The notes under the pieces are model-generated. The model saw only the letters and a program-made list of their open reading frames with translations, did not search any database and was not told the DNA's origin. Positions 11,328-23,587 of a DNA stretch of 64,000 bases are shown one piece after another. The stretch is from Antechinus flavipes. Its lineage: Eukaryota. Where the stretch lies: positions 624,464,001 through 624,528,000 of the forward strand of contig NC_067400.1 in the NCBI RefSeq assembly GCF_016432865.1. Direction: 5' to 3'. Position 1 is the stretch's first letter. The number at the start of each line of letters is the position of its first letter. The translations under genes were made by a program, and so were the position numbers.

Positions 11328-14300
11328 ATGGGGGCGGCGGCGGCGTCGGCCACTGTCACAGGCTCGTCGGCTGGGGCGTCCGGGGTCTGGAACATCTTCT
11401 CCTCCATGGACTACGGCCCCGCGCCCGAGAGCCCCTCGCTGGCGCAGGTGAGGGCCCCCCCAGCGCGTGCAGCCCTGCAGCTGGGCGCCCCGAGCAGCCC
11501 TGCTTATGGTCCCGCTCCGGTACCCTGACCCAGCCCGGCTCCCCTCCCCCCAGCGCCCCGACCAGCTCTACCTGTCCTGCCCCCGCACCAGGCGCCCCGA
11601 CCAGCCCTGCTTGTTCCCCCGCAGACCCCCCCCAACTGAATGGGGGGGTCGGAAAGTTGTGATTAATCCCCCGCAGGTGCCTGATTTCCCCGCGGCATGT
11701 ACCCGTGTGCCCCCGAGCTCCCCCCTGCCCTGGGCATCCCCGCAGCCCCCCGCACTCCAAGCTGTGTGCTTCTGCCTGGCCGCCGGGGCCGCCCGGCTCT
11801 GTCCCGTTGGCAGTGGACTCTGCTCCCGCCGGGCGCCTGCAGCCTCCCGGAGACAGCGGGCGGACTTCCGGTCCTGGTCCCGGGGCCCCAGACCCGAGGT
11901 CACGAGACTCCGAGCCCCCCGGGGTCTGCCCCCCTCCCCCACGCCGGGGTCTCCCGGCCCCCTGACGTTGCCCGTTTCCCTCAGGCCTGGCTGGACGCCC
12001 AGGGCCCGAGCCTGGGGCACTTTGTGAACGGAGAGTGGCTGAAGCCCAAGAACCAGAAGCCCGCCATCTACAGGGACCCCTGCTCAGGTACCGGCGGCCC
12101 CGCCCCCTGCTTGACCCCAGGGACCTGTCGCGCCCCCTCGTGGGGGGGCCAGGCAGGGGCTCTAAGACTCCGTGGCCAGGCGAGCCCCTGGCCAGATGTT
12201 TGCAGGCCGACAGCGGGTTCGTGGCTTCGGCCGTGGAGGTGGCGGAGCGGGCTTTCGAAGCGTGGAGCCGGCTGCCCGGGGCCGCCCGGGCCCAGCACCT
12301 GGTTAGGTGAGGGGGCCCCAGACTCGGCTCCTCCGCCTGCCCCGGGGACGGAAGGGGAAGTGGGCCGGACGCAGAGGTTCCTGCCCCGGGGACGGCCGGG
12401 AGTCGGAGCCCCTGGGGGCCTGGGGCCGTGGCCGGGGGGAGCCGAGGCCGAGCCCATCTCCCCCTCCCCCAGGCTGGCAGAGACGATCCGGAGGCACCAG
12501 AAGCTCCTGTGGACGCTGGAGGCGATGGCGTCGGGCCGGGTGGTGCGCGAGGTCCGGGATGGGGACCTGCCCCTGGCCCAGCAGCTGCTGCAGTACCACG
12601 CGGGCTGGGCCCAGACCCAGGAGCAGGCCCTGCAGGGATGGGAGCCCGTGGGTGAGACGCCCCCCGCAGCCCCGGCAACGGCCCCCGGCCCCAGCCCTCC
12701 CCCCGGCGGCCCCCCGGCAGCGGGCACGCTGCCAGCCCCGCTCTTCCTTCCCCAGGAGTGGTGGTGGTCGTCCTGCCGCCAGCCTTCTCTTTTGTCGAGA
12801 TGATGTGGAGGATCTGCCCGGCTCTGGCCGTGGGTAAGTCGGGGCCAAGGACGGCCCTTCGAGGGCGACCCCAGGCGGGGGCGCCAGCTGCGACTCGGGC
12901 CGGTTCTACGCGGCGTCTGCTCCAGGCCGGGCACCTGGCCGAGCGCTTCCCCTCGCGGCCCCCGGAGATAAGTGCTGCTGGGCCCCGCTTACAGCGAGGG
13001 AAACTGAGGCAAGCCGAGGCGCCGGGACCGCCCAGGGTCCCCCAGCCTGCCTGAATGCCCCCCTCTGGGCAGCACCAACCCCTGAGCGCCCTGGTCACCC
13101 CCGGGGGCTGCCCGCCTCCCCTGCCCACGTCTCTCCTGGGAGCTTCGGGGGAGGGGGGGGCTTCTCGGTCGGGCCCTGACCGGCTCCCGGCCCCCCCAGG
13201 GTGCACCGTGGTGGTCCTCGGAGGCCCGGCCTCCCTGAGCGCGCTGCTGGTGGCCCAGCTGAGTGAGGAGGCCGGGCTGCCTCCCGGAGTCTTCAACGTG
13301 GTCACGGGGACGGCCCCGCCAGCGACGCTGCTGTCCTGCCTGCCCGGCGCGGCCAAGGTCGCCTTCTCCGGGCCCGTGGAGGTGCGCTGCGGGGGGGGGG
13401 GGGGCCCGGGGCGCCGGCGGGGGGGCTCGGGGGCCCGGGCCGGGTGCCGAGCGGTCGGGTCCCCCCAGGAAGGCAAGGCCTTGCGCCAGGCGCTCGCCGG
13501 AAGTGGCACGGACCTCTCCCTGAGCCTGGGCACGGAGTCTCTGATGGTGGTCACGGACACGGCCGACCTGGACTCTGCGGTGGAAGGGGTGGTGGACGCG
13601 GTCTGGTCTGACCGCAGCCCGGTGAGTCGGGGAGACAGTGGGGCTCCTCGTGCCGGGGGGGCAGAGGGCGCAGGGGGGGAGGGGTCCCCGGCAGAGGTGC
13701 GGGGGGAGGGGTCCCCAGGGCAGGGGTGCGGGGGGGAGGGGTCCCCAGGGCAGAGGGCACAGGGCACAGGGGGGAAGGGTCCCTAGGGCAGAGGGTGCGG
13801 GGGGGAGGGGTCCCCAGGGTAGAGGGTGCGGGGGGGAGGGGTCCCCAGGGTAGAGGGTGTGGGGGGGAGGGGTCCCCAGGGCAGAGGGCACAGGGCACAG
13901 GGGGGAAGGGTCCCTAGGGCGTGGGGGGGAGAGGTGCTGCAGGACACGGCTGACCTGGGCTCGGGGCCTCAGGGGGGGCTGCGGCTGCTGGTGCAGCTGT
14001 CTGCCTACGAGGAGGTGCTGTGGAAACTGGAGACCCGCCTGCACAGAGTGCGCCAGGGCCAGAGCTTGGACTGGGCCGTGGACATGGGCACCCGGGGGGC
14101 GACCGCCTGGGAAAGGGCCCAGAGCTACATCCAGGAGGCACAGAGCCAAGGGGCCCAGGTGAGGAGGCCGTGGGGGCCGGGCTTGGGGGGTGGGCAGCAC
14201 TTGGGGGGGGGGCTCGGGGGCTCCTGCTCCTCTTTGTGTCTTGCAGATATTCCAAGATGAGAGCGCCCCCCCGCAGAGCCCGTTCTTCCCCCCGACGCTG

Positions 14301-16421
14301 GTCCTGGGCCTGGCCCCGGCCAGCCCCTGTGCCCAGGCGGAGGTGAGCGAGCGGTGGCCCACGACCACAGCCCAGGGAGCAGCGGGGTGCGAGCTCCCCC
14401 TCCCCCCCAGGCCCTCGCCGGCCTCAGACCCCCCTCCCCCCAGGCCCTCGCCGGCCTCAGACCCCCCTTCTCTTCCCACGGCGGTCACAGGTACCCTGGC
14501 CTTTGGTCACGGTCTTCCCCTTCCGCACGGCCAAGGAGGCCCTGGCCATGGGCAACGGCACCCCCCGAGGGGGCAGCGCCAGCGTGTGGAGTGAGCGGCT
14601 CACCCTGGGCCTGGACCTGGCCTATAAGTAAGGAGGCACCGGACCCTGCCCGGCACTTTCCCTCTGCCTGCCTCAGTCTTCCCCTCTGGGAAATGGGGGC
14701 GGTAGGAGAGCCCCCGAGCCCAGCCCCCCAGGCCGGCTCTCCCGTGCCTGACGCTCTGGGCTCTCCCGCCAGGCTCCTCATGGGCACTGTTTGGATCAAC
14801 GCCCACGGCCTCAAGGACGCAGCCGCCCCCGTCGGGGGCTGCAAGGAGAACGGCTCCGCCTGGCACGGGGGCCCTGATGTGAGTGACACCCCCCAGCCCC
14901 CTCCCCTCGCTCTGGGCCGGCCCGCGCCCTAACTGCCCCCTCCGCTCTCACAGGGGCTCTACGAGTACCTCCGCCCGGTGGGCGCCCCCCCGCGGCTCCG
15001 AGGGCCCCCGCAGCTTTTGGACTACGACAAGTTTGGCCTGTCGGCCCGCCCCGTCCTGCCGTCCGGCGCTGGCGCCTCCCCCGCCAGGTCAGCTCCCGCT
15101 CGGGCCTTGAGGACGTCCCGGGGGTGGGATTGGCGCGGGGTTTGGGGGTCCTCAGCACAGCCTCTTCCCACAGCACGACCGCCCCGTACGGGGTCTTCGT
15201 GGCCGGGCGCTTCCAGAACCCTGCCAGCCGCAGCTCCAGGCCCGTCCTGGGCTCCGGCGGGCGCGTCAGTGCCCACGTGGCGGAGGGGGGCGCCAAGGAC
15301 ATCCGGGAGGCCGTGGAGGCGGCGCACAAGGCGGCAGCCGCGTGAGTGGAGTGGCAGGAGGCGGGGGAGGGGAGACCCCAGCCCGGGGCCCCCCTTACCC
15401 TGCCTCTGTCCCTTCTCTGCCCGCCAGCTGGGCCAGCCGGGTGCCAGGGAGCCGGGCGTCGGCCCTGTGGGCACTGGCGGACGTGTTATCCCAGAGGAGC
15501 CAAGAACTGGCAGAACAGCTGGCGGAAGTGACGGGCGGCGACCTCGCGGACGCTCAGGCTGAAGCGGTGCTGAGCATTGCCCGGCTGCGGGCCTGGGGCG
15601 CCCAGGTCCAAGCCCAGGGAGCCGGCCTGCACGTGAGCCTCTTCCGCCCCCTGACCTGTATCCCTCCTCCCCGCCCCCCAACCCCATACCCTTGCTCCCT
15701 GACCCGTACCCCTCCTCCCCGACCACATGTCCCTCCTCCCCGCAGAGTGCCGGGCCCCACGGGCCTTTTCTGCGCCTTCGAGAGGCTCTGGGCGTGCTGG
15801 CCATCGTCTGTCCGGAGGAGCGGCCCCTGCTCGCCTTCGTGTCTCTCCTCGCCCCGGCCTTGGCCCACGGGAACGCCGTCGTCGCGGTGCCCAGCGGGAC
15901 CTGCCCGCTGCCGGCCCTCCAGCTCTGCCAGGTACTGGGCGCTGCCGCCCACCAGCCTTTCCCGCCCCTCCGGGGAGTGCCGTGCCCCTTCTCCAGCGCC
16001 CGTTTCTTCCTGCCAGGACATGGCCGGCCTGCTCCCCCCCGGGCTGGTGAACGTGGTGACGGGGGACCGCGATCACCTCACCCGCTGCCTGGCCCTTCAT
16101 CAGGACGTCCCTGCCCTGTGGTACTTCGGCTCTGTCCAGGTACTCTCACTCCTGCCCGCGCCCCTGCCCCCTTTCCAGTGCCTCATCGTGGCGACGGCCG
16201 GCCCAGGGTCTCCCAAGGCTCCCCCGGCCCTCGCTGACCTCGGCCCCTCTTCCCAGGGCTCCCAGTTTGTGGAGTGGGCCTCCGCTGGAAACCTCAAGGC
16301 CGTGTGGGTGAACAGAGGCCACAGCCGATCCTGGGACCAGGAGGGAGAGGGGGCCGGACCCGAGCTGGGCCTTCGGGCGGCCCGCACTAAGGCGCTCTGG
16401 CTGTCCCTGGGAGACATCTGA
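11328..16421 (+). CDS. ALDH16A1: Aldehyde dehydrogenase 16 family member A1 (pseudoenzyme), 17 exons, 815 aa
   Basis: Exons 11328-11447, 11985-12087, 12180-12306, 12473-12651, 12756-12833, 13200-13381, 13469-13621, 13973-14158, 14247-14342, 14491-14627, 14773-14878, 14954-15087, 15174-15341, 15428-15632, 15746-15931, 16017-16139, 16257-16421; all GT-AG and in frame (2448 nt); most exon sizes match the recalled human gene. Confidence 0.97.
13650..13925. repeat. G-rich minisatellite, ~30 bp unit (gcggggggaggggtccccagggcagagg), ALDH16A1 intron 7
   Basis: Tandem array filling most of the intron. Confidence 0.88.
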
Positions 16422-17242
16422 GCCCGGCCCGCAGGGCCCCCTGGCCCAGGCCCGGCCCTCGCCGTGGTCCCCTCCCGAAGAAACGATCCGATGTCCGGCC
16501 GGCTGGCTGCGAGAGCGGTGGGCTGCGGGGCGGGGCTCACAGGCGGCTCCGGGACCCCCGAGGCGGCCTTCCCTGGACGGTCTCTCGGCCCGGGGCCTCC
16601 TGCCGCGTTCAGAGCCTTCCACGAGGGGCAGCCTGGCCACCTTCCGGGTGGCAGGAAGCTTCTCTGCTGGCCCCCGGGCGCTCCTCCCTGTGCCAAGCAA
16701 AGCAAACCCGCTCCCTGGCCCCTTGCGGCCGGCCTCTCCCGGAGGCTCCATCTCTGGGCGGCCCCTTGGCCTAGATCCAGAACAGACCAATGCAGATGGG
16801 GCGACCAGCCCAGCTCCTTGGGGGGAGCTTCTTTGGGCCCGGGCCAGGGGGCTCAGCAGGGACTCAACCCCTCAGTTCCTCAATGTCCCCCAAGTCTTCC
16901 TTACTCCTGGAGTCCTTCAGTCCCTGGCTGCCACCCCCCCCCCCCAAGTCCTCCGACACCCATCGGTCTTCGTACTCCTAAGTCCAACCGTTTTATCGAT
17001 GGCTGGGCCCGGGGGCACCCGAGTCCGCCCGCTGCCGTCCCGGGCGGCGAGGAAGGAGGGGCCGAGTGATGCATCCGGAGCGGAGCAGGGCCGCTGGGCC
17101 GGGACACGGAGTTTGTGGCGGGGAGCCGGAAGGGGCCGGGTTTTCCAAGCTTGACGATGATTCGAAGATTTTTTCCTTGCCCCGCTATCCTGTCATCCCT
17201 CACTTCCCAGAGACCCCCCAGCTGCCAAATAATGTCATGTCA

Positions 17243-17248
17243 ATTAAA
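17243..17248 (+). terminator. ALDH16A1: Probable ALDH16A1 poly(A) signal ATTAAA
   Basis: First hexamer I found downstream of the stop codon, followed by U-rich sequence. Confidence 0.55.
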
Positions 17249-18199
17249 GATCTTTTTACCGCAACGTCCTCTGTCATCCCTGTTTCCCCGAGATCCCCCT
17301 CACGGAACAAATGTTAGGTTAAAAAGGAGAGAAAGAGGGAAAGTCACAACCGAGCACTGAGGAGGCCTGAAAACGCACCGGGTGCGGGCTCCCGCTCGCC
17401 TTCCAGCCTGGCGGGTCCTTGGGAGTTCTGTTCCGTGGGGGCAGGGTCTCTCCGTCTGCATCACTGCGGTGCCTGGGCGACGTTTCCTTCCGGCCTCAGT
17501 TGCCGGGGACCCTCCCGGCTTCTCTGCGCCCCCGTTCACGCTTTGTCACAGCGCGGGATCTTTGGGGACATTCACTGCCGCTGTTTGGCCGGCCCCAACC
17601 TCGGACCCTACTTTGTTCCTCGTTTCCTGTCGACACAAAGCGTCGCTGTCCACGTTTCTGAGTCCATCGGTGACCCTGGGATGTGGTCCGGGCCTCGCGC
17701 TCTCTGGGTCACTGGGAGGAGCGTTTGGGTCGCTATTTGCACGACCGCACCGTGCTTTCCTCGCGTCCCCTTCGGCAGCTTTGCCAATGATGCGTCGTGC
17801 GCAGGGCACGGCGAGCGTCGGAGGGGGGGGGTGCGGCTCGCTGTGGGACTCGGGCCGAGGGCTCCGGCCTCTGCTCCCCTTCCCTTCTCGGCCCCTGCCC
17901 TTCCCTGGCTCTCCCCGCTCTCGGGGAGGCCCCGGGTGTCGGGGCTGCCGTCTCCACTTCTCCTCGGCGGGTGGGAGCCCCGTCCCCCGGAGCCCAGAGA
18001 AACTAGCGGTTTCCTCGGCCTGATCCCCTCAGAAGGGCTCGGAGCCTCGGACTCTGCAGCCACGGCTGGAGCCCAGACCTCCCCACTGGGCTGAGCCAGG
18101 CCCGGGAAGGACCCAGGTGTCCCCTGCTTCCTGCAGCTCAGCTTGAAGCCACCAGAGGGCTCCTCCCCCATGGATTCCCAAACTTTTCTCCAAAATGCC

Positions 18200-18209
18200 T
18201 TTCACTTTC
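18200..18209. promoter_or_regulatory. ISRE/IRF element TTTCACTTTC in the FLT3LG 5' region
   Basis: Exact GAAAGTGAAA on the minus strand, ~470 bp upstream of the FLT3LG ATG. Confidence 0.55.
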
Positions 18210-18658
18210 GATCTCCGATGTCGGGGCCCAGACCTGCCCCGGGCCTTCCCGGCCTGGACGGGGACCCTGGTGCGGGGCTGGGACAGCATGCCTGGGGCCC
18301 AGGGGCTGGGGGGGGCGCCTGCCCCCTCCGGGGCTGCGAGTGGGGAGTGCCCATGCTCTGGATGGGGCTGCAGTGCCTCCATCTCCTCGGGGCTGGGGGA
18401 TGCTGGCTACCTGAGGATGCAGGGGCGGGGGCGGGCGCCCGGGGCTCCAAGGGCTGGGAGAAAGGGGTGCGGGGTTGCCAAGGGGACCGAAGCAGGGGAT
18501 GCCTTCCTGGAAGGTTGGGCATGATTCACAGTAATGAGGCGGGGGCAGGAAGCAGGGTGGGGGAGGAAACTCAGCCACATGAAGGGGCTGGGGGAGGGCC
18601 CCGGACGCCCGGGTCCCTGGCTGAGCCGGCTCTGTCCCCCCCAGGGCCCGGCAGCGGC

Positions 18659-18682
18659 ATGAGGGGCCCCAACTCAAGATGA
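18659..18682 (+). other. Upstream ORF MRGPNSR* whose stop overlaps the FLT3LG start codon (ATGA)
   Basis: ggcATG AGG GGC CCC AAC TCA AGA TGA; TGA at 18680-18682 overlaps ATG at 18679-18681; lies inside the exon (acceptor AG 18643-18644). Confidence 0.75.
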
Positions 18683-20434
18683 CCGGCCCGGCCCCAGCCT
18701 GGCCCCTCACTGTGCGTATTCCCACCAGATGGAAGCGGGAGGCAGACGAGGGGGAGAGCCCCAGGAGGGATGGGGAGGGCCAGACACAGGGATGGGCCGG
18801 GGCAAGGGAGGCAGGGCGAGGGGGGCCCGGGCAGGGCCAGGAGGGGGAGGCGGCCGAGAGCGGGAGGCGGTCCGGACAGGGCTCCCAAAGGCGGGGGGCC
18901 CAGGCCGCTCAGACAGGGAGAAACAGAGGCAGAGGGGGGAGGCTCCGAAGGCAGGCTCCGCTCAGCCCGGCCTCCCCGCCCCCCAGGCCTCCCTCCTGCT
19001 GCTCCTGCTGCCCCCGGCCTTCGCAGATCCCTGCTCCTTCCCCGACAGCCCCATCAGCTCCACCTTCCCCGGGGCCATCAGCACCTTGGTGAGAGTCCCC
19101 CGGCCCTGCCTCTCCCCGCCCTCCGGCCTCTGGCCACTCTGGTCTGCGGTGCCCTCTTCTGCTCCCGCTCTGACAAGTGATTTCTGGGGGCATCTGTCCC
19201 TGAGTCTCCTGTTCTTTCTGTCTCCTTCTGGCCCTCCCCGAGCCCGGCTCCCCAAACGGCCGGCCCTTCCCTAGCCCAGGCCGGCCCTCCCCGAGCCCAG
19301 GCAGGCGCTTCCCCGAGCCCGGCTCCCCACACGGCCGGCCCTCCCCAAGCCCGGCTCCCCGGCTCTCCGTGGGGCCCAGGCCATCTCTTTCTCCGGACCA
19401 GGACTACAGCCGAGAGTTCTCTGTCCGTCCCTCCGGGTCTCCCCGCCCCGAGGCAGGGCAGGGCACTAAGCGGCATCTCTCCCGCAGTCGGACTTCATGC
19501 TCCGGGATTACCCAGTCGATGTCCCAGAGAATCTCCGGGCGGTGAGTCTGGTGGGGGAATGGGGCTGCCAAAGTCTCCGGTCATGGGGGGCCCGGGCATC
19601 CCACCCCACCCCCACATCTGGACATCTCTCCCCAGGACGAGCGGTGCTGGGCCCTGTGGCACTTGGCCGTGGCGAAGGAAACCCTGGACCGCCTGAAGCT
19701 GGTGGCCGGAAGCAAGGTGCAGGAGCCTCTGGAAGGCCTGTACGCCGAGATCAACTTTGTGGGTCGATGCGTCAACCAGGTCAGTCCCCCGCTGCCCCCT
19801 CAATAAATCCCAGGTGCCTTTGCGTCCTCGGGCCCTTGGGCCCGCCCCGGGATCTGAAGGGGGGGCTCAGGCCGGCGGGAGGAGCCCGCATGGGGGCGCC
19901 CGGAGCCGTGCCAGTCCCTTGCCAGGACTGGCTCCGAGGAGCGAGACTGACCCGGTGTGTGACGCCCCCACCCCCTCCCTCGGCTCCCCAGTCCTTTCCC
20001 AGCTGCCTCCGTTTCCGAAAAGCCAACATCTCTCACCTCCTGCTGGAGGTCTCCAAACACCTGGGGGCCCTGCAGCCCCTCATCACTCAGCAGGACTTCG
20101 GGCCCTGCCAACAGTATCGCTGCCAGCCAGGTGAGGTGCCCGGGGGGGACTTGCCCAGGACGCCTAGGGCTCCAGACTGGGCAGGCGGGGCGGGGGGCAC
20201 CGGGTGAAGGCCCCTACGCCTGCTTAATACCCCAATCTCCCGGCAGAGCCCTCCCTCCCTGTCTCCACGCTCTCCTCCCCCAGCAGTCTCGGGGCCCTGG
20301 GGGGCACGCTGAGACCACCCAGGCCCTCCAGCTCGCTTCTGCTGGTCCTGGGGGGGCTGCCGGTAGTCTTGCTGCTGATCCTGGGGGCAGCTTGGATATG
20401 GAAGCAAAGAAGGCGGAGACTGCTGAGGTCCTAG
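18679..20434 (+). CDS. FLT3LG: Fms-related tyrosine kinase 3 ligand, type I membrane cytokine, 219 aa
   Basis: Coding exons 18679-18711, 18987-19088, 19488-19541, 19636-19779, 19992-20130, 20247-20434 (TAG); signal peptide, CSF..SPISS, RDYPV, six cysteines, ANIS glycosylation site, TM LLLVLGGLPVVLLLILGAAW; probable 3'UTR intron 20463-20565. Confidence 0.93.
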
Positions 20435-21299
20435 AGCTCCCCGAGGGCCCCAGCCCCCCCAGGTGAGCTGGCTCCGCCCAGGCGGGGTGGGATCTCCCAG
20501 GTGCACCAACAGCCGCTGATGACACACTGGGGGCGTGGCCAGGACCCCCGGACTCTGCTCCCCAGGATGTGCAGTGGAGGCTGCTGTGAAAGAAGCCGCG
20601 GACTCGGGAGGGCCTTGAAGGCCCCACTCGGGAGCCGGGGCCACCTCCTGGAGAACACCCTCCGTAACCAGCCCAAGGCCGGCCTCGTCTCCTTGGACAA
20701 GCCCGAGTCCCTCCTCTCTGGGGGGCAGCCCCCCCCGGGGCCCGCATCCAGCCCCCCTCTGTAAAGCTCTGAGGACTCAGATAAAACATTTTCGACTCGT
20801 TTTTCTTGGTGGAATCTGTGCTCAGATACAGGGCAGGGGAGGAGACGGCGCGGCCGGTCACTGGCCTCGGACCCCGAATTGGCCCCCGCTGCCAGAGCCC
20901 TGGGAGGGGCTGAGGGCTTTAGTGGGAGGCAGGGGGCTTCACGGTCGCGCAGGAGGGGAGGGCCGGGGACCCCGGCCACACTGCTCCCGACGCCCCTTGG
21001 CCGGGTCCACAAGGGCACCGGAATGGGGAATGGGCTGTTAGCGAGCTCCCTGGCTCCGAGGGTCTCTGGCAGAAAATGCATGGCCAGCTCCCCAAGCAAG
21101 ACCCGGAAGAGAGCCTAGCTGGGACTGGGGGAGGGGCACTGAAGCCACGCCCCTGGCTGGTAACTAAGCAACCAGAGCCCGGGTCAGCCCGGGACCCGCT
21201 TAGAAGATCCCACTGCAAGGCCGGGGTGGGGAGGGGGGTGGGGAGCGGGGTTTGGACACGGTCCGGGGCCGCCCAGCGGCGGAGGAACCAAGCACTGGC

Positions 21300-21700
21300 C
21301 TAGCGGGCCGCAGTGCGCATGTATATGGGGCGACCGCCCCTCACAAAGATGGCAGCAGCTCGCCCTGATGGGGCCCCTAACAGACATGGAAGCCTGACTC
21401 AGGAAGGCCCACGTGAATCTTTCGGGAGCCCCGCCCCCTTCCAGAGGCGTAAGATCTCAGCCTCTGGAAGACGCGTCTGCCTTTGCGCCTGCGCCCAACC
21501 CAACGGACGGCGCGCGGCCTCCTATGGAACCAACCCGCCCGTGCGTTGTCGCGCATGCGCAGTAGCCCCTCGCCGTCCCTAGAGGGAGGAGTGAGGCGTT
21601 CCTTCACCAATAGGGAGCCGCGGCGACCTCTCGTCATTTCCGATGCCCCTGCGAGGTGGATAAGGAGGCCCCGAGGTGGAAGAGCTCCTTCTTTTCCCGG
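21300..21700 (+). promoter_or_regulatory. RPL13A promoter with NRF1 site and 5'TOP/TCT start
   Basis: GCGCATGCGC 21551-21560, YY1-like aagatggc ~21345, CCAAT ~21607, pyrimidine tract ctccttcttttccc 21685-21698 just before the ATG. Confidence 0.8.
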
Positions 21701-21712
21701 GTGGCGTCGGCA

Positions 21713-23587
<1,875 letters not shown>

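Noticed and set aside
11356-13767. 803-aa minus-strand ORF and many other long Pro/Gly/Arg-rich ORFs
   Set aside because: Antisense or off-frame products of very GC-rich exons and introns with few stop codons; no domain signature
17780-17830. aATGATGc box-C-like motif between ALDH16A1 and FLT3LG
   Set aside because: No matching box D with terminal stem, no rRNA-complementary guide, not in an intron
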